Assembly (NCBI GenBank): GCA_964234715.1
Contig: OZ174281.1
Length of the DNA stretch: 64,000 nt
Direction: 5' to 3' (one strand)
Origin: Podarcis melisellensis
Taxonomy: Eukaryota
The notes under the pieces are model-generated. The model ran no database searches. It was given only the letters and a program-made list of their open reading frames with translations, and was not told the DNA's origin. Of this stretch, positions 37,259 to 48,669 are shown piece by piece. Each line of letters begins with the position of its first letter. Within the stretch, counting starts at the first letter, position 1. A program made the position numbers and the translations under genes.

Positions 37259-39395
37259 GTGTATACTGCAGACATGTGTCATGTCCAATTCTGCAAGAAA
37301 GAGATATTTCTTCTTTTTAAGACAGCTGAAAACAGTTAGAAAAAGAGATAACCACAGTACATACAGTAATCTGAGGGTCATCTCATGAAATAAAAGCTTT
37401 TCTGGGTATTGCTGATTGTAGAGAATATTTATAAGTTCCTTTCTCTCCATGTGGATGCTTTTTGTTTTAAACCCTGCCTATTTTCCCAACTGGCAAGAAA
37501 AAGAAAAAGACATGTTGAATACCTTAGGAAGCAGTAGCTTGGTTCTCTATCTCCAACCCCAAAATCCTTTGGGATTTTAGTTTTTTTTTTATTAAAAAAA
37601 CAACACTGATTCCTGCACCATCCAGGATTTAAATCAGAACTGGGGCGATCACTAGCAGAGTAGGTTCCCTGTTTCAGTCATCCCTCAACACCTAAAAGAC
37701 ACAGCCCATGTAAAATGTAAACGGAATTTCAGTGATGTAAAAGACTAAAAGAAATATGGCAACCAGGTAATCTGTTGTTTGTTATTAGGATTTATCTAGA
37801 AAACACTTAATATATCCTGTTTTCCAAATGTGCCGCCCCCACACTGAAGAATGGGAAAGCGGAGCAGGGCTCCATGCTTGGCCTTCTCTTCCCCGCATGA
37901 CATCAGCAGGGAGGAAGTGGAGCGGGGCCACAGGATATGGGGGGAGGCCATCCCCCTCCTTGAAAAATTTAGGGGACCCTCAGCCCCCATCACTTGTCAC
38001 ACCTGTCGTTTTCCCACACATGTGCAGCCCAGTCCCACACATGTACTCAGTGGGGCTTATTCCCTGACAGTGCCTGATGAAGACATGTGGCCCTAAATGG
38101 TTTCAAGTTTCAGAACCCATAGTCTGAAGCTGGCCACTGGTGCTGTTTGACAGCTGATGCACACCAGATCTAATAAAATTTTGGTATAGTTATTTCCACA
38201 CAGATTTATAAATACAATATGACATATAATTGGACAGTTTTATAGAATGCTTTTGTCATTATCAGAATATTTTCTGCTTTAGTGTCTGTTTTCTTTATTT
38301 TTTTAATCAATTATATAAAACTTGAAATTCAGTTTTTAAAAAAGTATTTATAGTGCCCTTAAAATCTGAGGCCCTAAAATGTAGCTTACTAAGTTTGTAC
38401 ATAAATCAGACACTGTCCCCAGATAAATGTGCATAGGATTTCAGCCTTACATTCTCAGCTTTTGTATAACCACTGTAAGATGCCCCTCAGCCATTCTACT
38501 TCGGCAAGATGCTCTAGTCTGCTTATCATCCAGCCCCCCTGATGCAGCCGCTCAATGCACACCCCTCTCCTCCCAAGCCTTTCCTGAGGGGACTCTCATG
38601 CCCCACACAAGAGGTTTTACAGGGATTGAGGAGGGTTACAATAACGGGGTGGGATATCTCCAGTGCATAAGCAGACTCCCACTTTTGGAATTCTGACTCC
38701 AACCCACCGTCTTGCAAGATTGTTTTTCGTAGAAATAAGCTTCTGTGATTTCTTTTATGAAGAAGCCCTTTGAATATCTACTATAAAGCTAAATCAATCC
38801 CTTGATTCCAGTTTGTCACTTATAGCGGGGGTGGTGGGTGGTGAAAAGAGGATGTGGAATACTTGAATAAAAGAGCTCACCAAGCTACACAGGGTTGTCT
38901 GCATCATTCCTCTGTGTAAATTAACTGTGCCACCTGTACTGACCCTTCAAATCCTTCACAATTCCTCTGGGCAGGCAGCCAGAGATCAAGGCAAGCTGAG
39001 CAGAGGTGCTGTGCAGTTCAGCTGTACAACTGATCCACAATAAAAAGAAAGACACATCCTGCATTTGTAGTCCCAGAAAGACCCGACTTTTGAATTCATT
39101 CAGAATTTGATTGTTTTTTTTAGGGGGTAGCAAACTTAAGAGTTGTGCTATATAACCAGTAAAATCACTTTATTTATCTCTTACTGGAATTTATGCTTCA
39201 GGTGGAGAATCAAATGTCTGAACACACTGCAATGTAAAAATACCCCCAAAATGCATTAATGTACATACGGAACTAGCCTGTCACAGTTCTAGGTTAGCAT
39301 TCTCTCTAACATGTTGGTTTTGTATCTGAACAGAGGTGTTGTTCTTTACATTGGGTCAGATATTTAATCTTTACCAAGTCTGAAATGGTTCATTC

Positions 39396-39890
39396 TGTTA
39401 TTCTAAAGCAGCAATGCGGCAGCAAGCAAAGGCTATAGCAGCCAAGACTGCTGCTTGTGGCTGGAAAGCCAAACAGGAAGTTTGTGACTGTTGCCATGGG
39501 AACAAAGGGGCAGTCCAATCTGTACTGAGCACCGGATGTTAGCTCAGTGGGTTTGTCACATGACCTGTACAGGATGTACATGGGTGGAGCTGGAGTTTCT
39601 CTCTGTCTGTTGAAGAGAGCAGACATGTTTACTGTATGACTGCTTAAAGACACAAATAAAGACATGTAGATACGTTTCTATATGTGTCTGATTCCCCTCC
39701 CTGGGGATATGCAGGGAGGAGGAGAAGGAGGAGGAGCAGTTGGTGTGTTTTCCTCACAGCCTGAGGAAAATCGCCGGAACGGACCTCGTATGTTTTATCC
39801 TGCCGGGAGTCGCCGGAGGGAGGTCTAAGGAATTCAGCCGGTGCCTGAACAGATAGGCACATACCTCTGAGACGGGCTAGAATTCCAACA
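39396..39890 (+). repeat. 5' LTR of Copia element
   Basis: TGTTATTC...TTCCAACA, with AATAAA at 39655-39660. Confidence 0.96.
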
Positions 39891-39891
39891 G

Positions 39892-39901
39892 TGGTAGCAG
39901 A
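39892..39901 (+). promoter_or_regulatory. Primer binding site, initiator tRNA-Met type
   Basis: TGGTAGCAGA one base after the LTR, matching the complement of the animal tRNAi-Met 3' end, as is common in Copia elements. Confidence 0.8.
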
Positions 39902-40360
39902 CGCCGGTTGCTGTTTTCATCGACCTCTGCATCAAGAAGTGGCCTCCATGGAAGCCTGAGGTGAGAAGGCTGATTCTCTGCAGCCAGAAGCTGACCAGAA
40001 GAATCTGAAAGCCAAGCTACGGAGCCCAGGTATGAGTTTTTCGGGCTTAGAAGAGTGAATGCAGATTGATTCATTCTCTGCTTCGAGGGAGGAACGTTTG
40101 GGAACACAGCTCCGGTCAAAAGAGAAACCGCATTCCAAACATTCCTGTGGTTTTTCCTGTCCAAGGAAAAGGAATGCTGTTGCTTAGCAACGAAGGCCAT
40201 GCCTCAGAGAGGAGAAGTGAAAGTTAAAATGGAATGTTTTGACTACACAGTCTGAAGAGCTCTTGGAAAATTCCAACGCAGCCAGCGTTGAGAGCTGCCA
40301 GGTGGCACAGAGTGTAAACAAGCCAGCTATTGGATTTTAGAGGCTTGTGTTTGAGAGTCA

Positions 40361-43048
40361 ATGCAAGGACTCAAAATGGATGCCAAGAAGGGCAGTTTGC
40401 CTTCTCCGCCCCTCCTGACCAGTGACAATTATGCATCTTGGTCTATTAAGATGAAGGCCCTGCTGCAGAATCAGAGACTGTTTGGGGTGATTGAGAACCC
40501 CATTCCAGCAGCACCAACGCGTGCCTGGGAGTCACAGGATGTGAAGGCCAGAACTGCTATAATTCTGTGCGTGTCAGATTCGCAGTTGATCCACATACAA
40601 GATTTACTGCACGCGAGAGATGTTTGGGACACGCTGAGAAGGACACATCAGAGAGATGCAGGTTCTTCAGCGTTGCTGTATTTTGAGAAGCTGACCAACC
40701 TGAGGCTTGCGCCTGATGGAGATGTTCAAGCGCACCTGACAGAAATGAAATTTCTGCGTCAACAGATGGTGGAACGCAATTTCCGTCTGCAGGAGGAAGT
40801 GTTTTGCTTCATGGTGATCAACAGCCTGAATCGGACTTACAAAACAGTTGCTAGTCAGCTGGGGTCTCTCCCAGCAGCGGATCTCACTTCGGAGAGGGTC
40901 TTTGCCGTGGTTCTTTGTGAACATGACAGACTTGCCGCCCTGGAAGTGAAGGACAGGGGGAGACAAGAACGGAGTTCTAACACCCCTACTGCTGAAGCTA
41001 CTGGAGAAAATGCTGTAGCTTTAAACGTTGTCCGATGCTACAATTGTGACCAGACTGGGCATCTTCAGCGGTACTGCAAGAAGCCACGTCGGAACAGAGG
41101 AGCTAAGGCGAGCTCCGCAAAGTCTGAGGCGTCAGACAAAGGTCACACCAAGCCAAAGGCAAAGACTGCAAAAGCTTTGATGTCGCTAAAAGCCACACCA
41201 AAAGCGAGGAACTTCTTTGTCCTAGATACTGGAGCCACAGTTCACATGACAGGACACAGAGGACTATTTTCTACGTTTGAGAAGCAAAGCTTCGCTGTGC
41301 AACTAGCCAACGGTCAAGAGCTGGAAGCGACCGGAATTGGGACTGTGTATCTTAAAAGTCTGAACTTGACTATAAGCAATGTTTATTTGGTTCCAGAGTT
41401 GAAGTTCAATCTGCTCAGCGTTTCGCAGATTGCCAAGAAGGGACTAAAACTGTCCTATGATGATCAGAACTGCGAGATCTACAAAGATGGAGAGTTGTAT
41501 CTTTCTGCCAAAGAGAAAGATGGACTGTATTTGTTGACTTTTGATCAAAGTGATTACATGAAATGTAATTCTTGTGATTCTAACATGATCTCTTTTACAG
41601 GTGTAGCCAAGAAGAACGTCAAGCAAGTGACCTCGAGGGTCAACAAGGCATTTCAGCGGGTGTATGCTGATGTGATTGGTCCTTTAGCACCATCTAGAGG
41701 CAATGCAAAGTATTACCTTATATGTGTTGATTCTTTTACAGGTTTTGTCTGGATTTATCTTTTGGAGAGACCGAAAGAAGCCTTAGAAAGGTTTAAAGAG
41801 TTTTGTGACAAGGTTAAAAATATGCATGATGCTGACATAGATTGTCTTTGCACAGATGAGAAGCCAATTTTTCTTTTACAGGAGTTCCAGAGGTTCCTGA
41901 AGAAGAAAGGGATAAGACACAAAGTGGCTAGTTCCGAAGAAGCTTGGAACAAATGTGTTTGTGTTAGGGTGAACAAAGAATTGCAAAAGGGAATGCATGC
42001 GCAATTGCTAAGTTCACATCTGCCACATGAGTACTGGGCTGAATCGCTAATGTCATATTGTTATACGTGGTTGAGAAAGTTTTCAAAAGAGTTGGGAAGT
42101 TCTCCTTTTGAGAAACTGTTCCACAGAAAACCTTCAGTTGCCCATTTCAAGGTTTTTGGGTCTCATGTGAGAACAGAAGCTCCAGGTGGAGTAAAGGATG
42201 CCAGAGGCATTTTTGTGGGTTATGAAAAGGGTCTCTACAGAGTAATTTTGTCTGAATCTGGTCAGGTGATTCTCACAAAATGTCTAGAGAGTGCTCCTGA
42301 ACAGGAGAGAGTGATTGTTCACACATTTCCCACAGGTGATGATGATTCTGATGATGATGATGATGAGTTTGATCTTATTGAGTTCAGTAGTACTGATGAT
42401 GACAGCGATAGCTCAGACAGCTCAGTTGTCACAGTCATTAAGAGGAAATCTCACATAATTACTAGACCCTCAGAAGAGGAGGATGAACCACTGATTAAGC
42501 TTAGTACTGGTTCTCCAGAGAGTTCAGAGGCTGAACCAGAAATCAAAGAAGAGCAGCACCTCTTACGTAGGTCTGAGAGAGCAACGAAGGGTGTACCACC
42601 CAAGAGGTATTCACAAGAGTTTGCTAACTTATGTGTTGCTGTTGTAAACGACCAAGGTCAGATTGAAGCTGTGTCTGAGTCAGAGACAAAGGCACAACAG
42701 AGAGTTGTTAACCAAGGTAATGCAGAAGCACTCATTCCTTGGAAGTCACACAACCAGAGAGGTACATTGGTAAAACCAGTGGCGGGTAGTTCCAAGGGTG
42801 GAACTGAAACAACAGGGGAGTGTTATAAGTATAACAACTGTTTGTTTTCTTCTCTGGATGACGCTTTGCTCGCGGCACGCATTGATACTTTAGGGGGAGT
42901 ATGTTATTCTAAAGCAGCAATGCGGCAGCAAGCAAAGGCTATAGCAGCCAAGACTGCTGCTTGTGGCTGGAAAGCCAAACAGGAAGTTTGTGACTGTTGC
43001 CATGGGAACAAAGGGGCAGTCCAATCTGTACTGAGCACCGGATGTTAG
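40361..43048 (+). CDS. Copia polyprotein: Gag, CCHC knuckle, protease, degenerate integrase, acidic linker; no RT
   Basis: 895-aa uninterrupted ORF. Copia Gag N-terminus (LTSDNYASWSIKMKALL); CYNCDQTGHLQRYC at 41036-41077; protease VLDTGATVHM (D at 41225) and NVYLVPELKFNLLSV; integrase-like VYADVIGP, CVDSFT, LCTDE, LPHEYWAE, SPFEKLFHRKPSVAHFKVFGS, GIFVGY. No YVDD or other RT motifs. Confidence 0.92.
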   Translation: MQGLKMDAKKGSLPSPPLLTSDNYASWSIKMKALLQNQRLFGVIENPIPAAPTRAWESQDVKARTAIILCVSDSQLIHIQDLLHARDVWDTLRRTHQRDAGSSALLYFEKLTNLRLAPDGDVQAHLTEMKFLRQQMVERNFRLQEEVFCFMVINSLNRTYKTVASQLGSLPAADLTSERVFAVVLCEHDRLAALEVKDRGRQERSSNTPTAEATGENAVALNVVRCYNCDQTGHLQRYCKKPRRNRGAKASSAKSEASDKGHTKPKAKTAKALMSLKATPKARNFFVLDTGATVHMTGHRGLFSTFEKQSFAVQLANGQELEATGIGTVYLKSLNLTISNVYLVPELKFNLLSVSQIAKKGLKLSYDDQNCEIYKDGELYLSAKEKDGLYLLTFDQSDYMKCNSCDSNMISFTGVAKKNVKQVTSRVNKAFQRVYADVIGPLAPSRGNAKYYLICVDSFTGFVWIYLLERPKEALERFKEFCDKVKNMHDADIDCLCTDEKPIFLLQEFQRFLKKKGIRHKVASSEEAWNKCVCVRVNKELQKGMHAQLLSSHLPHEYWAESLMSYCYTWLRKFSKELGSSPFEKLFHRKPSVAHFKVFGSHVRTEAPGGVKDARGIFVGYEKGLYRVILSESGQVILTKCLESAPEQERVIVHTFPTGDDDSDDDDDEFDLIEFSSTDDDSDSSDSSVVTVIKRKSHIITRPSEEEDEPLIKLSTGSPESSEAEPEIKEEQHLLRRSERATKGVPPKRYSQEFANLCVAVVNDQGQIEAVSESETKAQQRVVNQGNAEALIPWKSHNQRGTLVKPVAGSSKGGTETTGECYKYNNCLFSSLDDALLAARIDTLGGVCYSKAAMRQQAKAIAAKTAACGWKAKQEVCDCCHGNKGAVQSVLSTGC
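42892..42901 (+). promoter_or_regulatory. Polypurine tract of Copia element
   Basis: AGGGGGAGTA immediately before the 3' LTR. Confidence 0.85.
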
Positions 43049-43396
43049 CTCAGTGGGTTTGTCACATGACCTGTACAGGATGTACATGGGTGGAGCTGGA
43101 GTTTCTCTCTGTCTGTTGAAGAGAGCAGACATGTTTACTGTATGACTGCTTAAAGACACAAATAAAGACATGTAGATACGTTTCTATATGTGTCTGATTC
43201 CCCTCCCTGGGGATATGCAGGGAGGAGGAGAAGGAGGAGGAGCAGTTGGTGTGTTTTCCTCACAGCCTGAGGAAAATCGCCGGAACGGACCTCGTATGTT
43301 TTATCCTGCCGGGAGTCGCCGGAGGGAGGTCTAAGGAATTCAGCCGGTGCCTGAACAGATAGGCACATACCTCTGAGACGGGCTAGAATTCCAACA
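42902..43396 (+). repeat. 3' LTR of Copia element
   Basis: Identical to 39396-39890 and followed by TSD CATTC. Confidence 0.96.
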
Positions 43397-46300
43397 CATT
43401 CTAGGTATATCACACAACTGCTAATCACACTGGTCAACTCTTAATGAACCACCCATCACGTGTTAACATTACTTTGCGGTCGGTGAATTCACATGTTCTG
43501 AAATATACGTTTTTGTTATGTTTGTCAATGTGCAAAATTAATTTATGTATTTTCCTGAAATTATTGAGCATGACCATCAAACTCACTTCATTTAAACTCA
43601 GTTCCAGAAGGTTAGTCATGCTGCTGTTGTGAAAAAATCCCTGACAGGGTTGTGAGCAACCATAAAGAGTAATGAACTTATTGTAGAATAAACTTTCATG
43701 GGTGAGAGCCCACTTAGGGCAGAAGCAGAGTTCTCATCCACAAGAGTTTATCTCACAATACCTTTCCTTTTGTCTTCAAGGTGACACAGAACTCTTTATT
43801 GATTCAAAACCGGAGTACACCCATCCTATCCATCTTTACCAAAGTTCTTGAAACTTATTTTTGAAACAGAGTCAGCATCTTTCTTTTCCTGATGCTACAA
43901 GGCTATGATGATCTGTGATTTTTTTAAAAAGTCATATAATCAGGGCTGGCCCAAGGTGAAGGCTGCACGAGGTGAAGAACAAGGCAGCACCATTCCTATT
44001 TTATGTAGAGAAACCTCCTGTATAGGCAGTTGAATCTCACTTCAACACTGGCGGACTTTGGGCTCTCAATTTTCAGCAGCGCCCTGTGCAATGCTAAAAC
44101 TCACCCACCCACTTGCCTCTTGTGCTCTGTTCTACAGCATTGTTGTGGCACCTCCTGCAGTGCGGCTGAACTGGTCACACTACCTTAAAACTCTAAGTGT
44201 GCTTCTGATTCTTCCTTTCTTCCTTTGCTGCCACAGCTTGAATCCAAGCTGCAGCTATAGTGGAAAAGAAGAACAGGGAGCACAGTCCAAGTATAATTTG
44301 GAACATGCTTGTCATTTGGCATACAGAGTGACAGAAAAAGGCACAAAAGGATAAAAAGTGCACTGGTTTCTTATTATAAGCTGGAAAGGAAAAACTGGAA
44401 CATACTTAAAGTGTGCTCTTGATCATTCTTTTTCAGATTAACCCCATGGGTTTGCCTGTCCTGCACCAGACTTCATATGTTGTCCAGCAATAAACTGGTA
44501 GGTGTATTTTGGACCAAACCACAGCATGGCTCAAACAGAAAGGCCCGGCAGACCGAATTAGGCTTCTGGCCCAGACAGAGGCTCTCCACCACTGAGCTCG
44601 ACAATATGATTAACTCACATTACGAATGCAGAAATGCTACTAACACTCTACTGGAAAATTCTTCAAAATAGGTGGTAAACAACAATGGCAATGGCATACC
44701 AGCTGCTTGTTATTCATTACAAGGTCTCCAGAAACACCCAGTCCAGCAATATGAAATGTCAAGGACAGGAAAACAAAAAGCCTGTCTAAATGGAACTGCT
44801 TCCCCTCAGGGCAAACCTACTTCAATTGGAGCCAATTGTGTTAATGTGTGCATTTCCATCATGATTAAATATATGCTGTTATTTCATGAACTTATTTACA
44901 TTAGTATTGAAGGTGGGCAGAAATCAGCCAGTGACAGGCATTTTGTTTCAAAATGCAATCCTATTTCTTCTTCTTTTTATTGTTTTGGACCTATTCTGTT
45001 TATTGCATTGATGAAAATTTATAACATTCTGGAACAGTGTAGTAGCTAAGCATGTGAGCAGGGAATCCCTAGTTTTATCTTGTGGTAGCCATTCAACAGA
45101 CAAACCTAGGCAACTTGAGCTCCCTAGCTTCTCTACAATGTCTACAATATGGATTATAAAATGCCATCCTAACATACAGGGATTAATATTTTAGAAAATG
45201 TTAAACCCCCAGATGGCTCCAAACAAATGTGAAGTGTTATACTCATATTACTAGGTTATCCATAAAATGCAGAGGGAGATCAAGAAAACTGAAAACTCAC
45301 CTCTGAGGCCCACAGAAGTGTTCACGTGTTACATGCAACAAGTGCAAAGGGTTGAGTTGTGCATATAAAAAATGAACAATATTTCCCACCAACACTTGTA
45401 CATGTGTAGAGACAGCTTATACTTGTGTTCATTGTAATACAGTATGTGAACAAGCCTTGTGTGGCATTTTCAGTGTGCCTATCTGTAATGTAGCATATCT
45501 ATTGAACAACATCAGAATCAAACTATGTATGGACAATCAGAACACAATTCCCTACCATTGAAAGATGTCAAATGTATTAATTGTAAGTAAAAAAAACCCT
45601 GCTCCACTCACAGACGGCAAGGGCAATAAAATTCAATTCAGTTCAGTTCTGAAGTGATGCTGCTTGAGCCCTGTGGTTTACAGATCTATATACTGTAATA
45701 TATTCACTGTGCATATTGCTTTACAATTGCTTCTTGGCTCAGCAAGGAAATAAAGGTAAATGTTTAGTCAAGGTCACCTCCTCATCTGTGGGATCTCCTA
45801 CTCAAAACTCCCATTTATCTAGGTTCCTTGCTCCCTCATCCTTTGTGACCAGAATTTGCTAGCTAGAGAAGCAAATTAGCATTTTATTTTTTAACTTATT
45901 GTATGCTTGTTTGGTGACTTTTGTGAAACTGTTTATAATTTGCAAAATAAAGATGGGAGTGTGTAAGAGATACTGTCTTTTCATGAGCCAGATTCTTGCA
46001 CACTGTTTGCAATGAAACCAGGTAGATGATGAATCTACATGCACAGCTGAAATGGTAGTTTATGTAATAAAGGGGCTTTGTGTGTGGTGACCAGATCCAT
46101 GAAGCCACAGACTGGTGTGATGACCAATCTGAGAAAGAAATCACAGATACTGGGGAAGATCATAAGCTTACAATCTTCTGGCTGAATCCAGATTTTCCAA
46201 GACACAAACCCTCTACAGTCATTCCCCTCATGTGCAAACTCTACATGTGAGAAAGGAATAGTGAGTATAGTAAGATCTGCTTCCCATGCTAGCACCTTGT

Positions 46301-46449
46301 CAGTCTTCTGGAGTGGAGCTGTAAGATGTGTGGAGGCTTCTCTGCTTAAGGAGGCTCCTTGCATGGTTCATAACCCCAATTACGCATGGTTCCAAATCAG
46401 GTAGGGAGTCAACCTAAACAGGGAGCCATACTGCCTCACACAATCACTG

Positions 46450-46773
46450 GCTCCGTCTTCACAATGCATGTAAAGTCGTATCATATTACTTATATCAACT
46501 ATCATGGCTTTCTCAAAATAATATTGGGAGCTGTAGTTTGTTGAGAGTTGTTAGGAGGTCCCTATCCCCCCCACAAAGTTACAATTCTCAGAGCCCTGTG
46601 GGGAAAGCGTTTGGCTATTTAACTCCTTGGAGAACTGTAGCTCTGTGAGGGGGAATAGGATTCTTCTAACAACTCTCAGCACCCTTAACAAACTATACTC
46701 TCCAGGATTCTTGGGGGGTGGAGCCATGACTGTTTAAAATGGTATGGCAGTGCTTTAAATGTTTGTTGTGGCC
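46450..46773. mobile_element. Palindromic MITE (PIF/Harbinger-like)
   Basis: Foldback arms (GAGAGTTGTTAG.../...CTAACAACTCTC). Second copy at 57020-57355. Confidence 0.65.
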
Positions 46774-46945
46774 ACTCTCTGTGAGCTGGAAGGTGACAGG
46801 GATGGTGACACAGAGGTTAAGGTGGAGCATAGCATACTCATCCCCCCTCAGCCTGCTTGTGTGTAACATTTACACACGAGAAGAACACTTGAAAATGATT
46901 GTCGTTAACTTTGATGAGAGAATGCATTTATGGCATGTCACAAAG

Positions 46946-47668
46946 TTTAGTCAATCCTGGAAAACAGGAGACTGAGAGGAGATATGATAGTTACCGGTAC
47001 TTACAAATATCTTAAGGGCTGTTACACTGAAGAGGGAAGAAGCTTATTTTCTGCTGTTTGGGAGGGTAGGACTTGAACCAATGGCTTCAAATTACAAGAA
47101 AGGAGATTCTGACTAAACCTACGGAAAAACTTTCTGATGGTAAAAGCTGTTCAACCGTGGAACAGTCTCTCTTGGGAGGTGGTGGACTCTCCTTCCTTGG
47201 AGGTTTTTAAGCAGAGGCTGGATGGCCATCTGTCATGGATGATTGATTGATTGATCTTTATTATGGCCATTGGCCCGTCACACCACCATAATGTACTTGA
47301 ACCTCCAAATTTAAAACCGCCAAAACTTACAAAAAAACAGACAAGAACCAAAGCAAAACAAAAACAAAAGACCAACATCATACATTACAACAAATTTGTA
47401 GCATAAACATCGCCCTCTGCTCATAAATTAATAGAAGACATCAATGGTGATATCACCTAATTACATCCTAAAACATAGATCATGGTTTAAAGGGATTATC
47501 CGAGCCACACAGGAGTCCGTTTCTCTTCTTTAGGGATAGGACGCTGACCAAGAATCTGGCAACCATGAGTGATCTTAGGGGGTCATGGATGCTTTAGGTG
47601 AGCTTCCTGCATTGCAGGGGGTTGGACTAGAAGACCCTTGGATCCCTGCCAACTGCATGATTCTATGA
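46946..47668 (+). mobile_element. CR1 LINE 3' end, split by a nested insertion
   Basis: NGFKLQERRF-type ORF2 end, VVDSPSLEVF, and a 3' tail ending ATTCTATGA. Interrupted at 47242-47581. Confidence 0.85.
47242..47581 (-). mobile_element. 5'-truncated non-LTR retrotransposon with (TCAA)n tail nested in CR1
   Basis: 10-bp TSD GTCATGGATG (47232-47241, 47582-47591). AATAAAG followed by (TCAA)n on the minus strand. Confidence 0.75.
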
Positions 47669-48669
47669 ACCCATCTCCAGAACCCCAAACCACCTTCTTG
47701 TGTCTTTACCATGTCACCTTGGTTTAACAAACAGAAGTAAACCATGGCAAACAGAGGGTCATAACCACAGTTTAATTGGACTGGACAGGCCATGAATTAC
47801 CCTCATTTTAAAATGCTCCACCCATCCCAATATCAACCTATGTTCTGTCTTTTCTGTAAGCTTGGCAGTCTAGCAATTCTACTCTGTATTGACCAAAAAA
47901 CCCCAAAGCCCATCTTTCTGACAACTTGCCAATCCGTATAAATAACCTATGACAACATTCTCCAAGAGTTAAGTGGAAAAATACATTCCTGTAAATAGAA
48001 CTGAGATTATTGTCAGCTTCTCGTCCTCTCCGTGTCCATTAGCCCTTTCGAGAAGCTGCTTTCAGATATTTTGTTACAAAAATAATTGTTTTTCAACCTT
48101 GGAATGCAGTTCTGAACTGTCTCTGTAAATCTCTCTTAGAATCTTGGCAACAGTCATCATGTGAAATTACAGATAGCTGTAGAAAAAAGAGAGATATGAA
48201 GAGTTCAGGGAGACGGGATGGGACAGAATGTGTACAACCAAGGCTACTTCAGGCTTGAGGTTATAGGATCCTTGTGGGGTAGAGTGATGAGGAAGTATGC
48301 AACAGCTCTTATATAAAAGTTATGCAGTGTTTGTGTCCAGTTAAACAATAATAATTCAGCCCTTATTCCGCCATGAGCCGGCCTTTCCTAACAGTATTGG
48401 CCCAGCTAGTCAGACTCATCCAATACTATTCTCATCACCTAGCATTACTAAGGACAGGAAAGACTATGATGGAAACAAAAATGGCTACATAAGTGCCAAC
48501 CCAAGATAGTGTCAACCTCATTCTGTGTCCAGAAGCTGAATAGACTGTCTGTTATTGTTGTTGTTGTTGCCGCTACCACAATGTAAAATACAATATTAAA
48601 ATCGGTCAAAACAATTTACAATCCAAAGAATAGGCTAAGCCCTAAAAACATACACCTCTGATGTCAGAG

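Larger units (their letters stand above)
39396..43396 (+). mobile_element. Ty1/Copia LTR retrotransposon lacking reverse transcriptase (non-autonomous), very young
   Basis: Two 495-bp TG...CA LTRs (39396-39890, 42902-43396) read identical. 5-bp TSD CATTC at 39391-39395 and 43397-43401. PBS and PPT present. ORF order Gag-PR-IN with no RT. Confidence 0.95.

Noticed and set aside
39761-39830. CTGAGGA in the Copia LTR as a hammerhead core (retrozyme)
   Set aside because: No GAAA box follows a stem II, and the motif is one arm of a simple hairpin.
40361-43048. Domesticated host gene derived from Copia
   Set aside because: Identical LTRs, PBS, PPT and a perfect TSD show a recent mobile insertion rather than a fixed gene.
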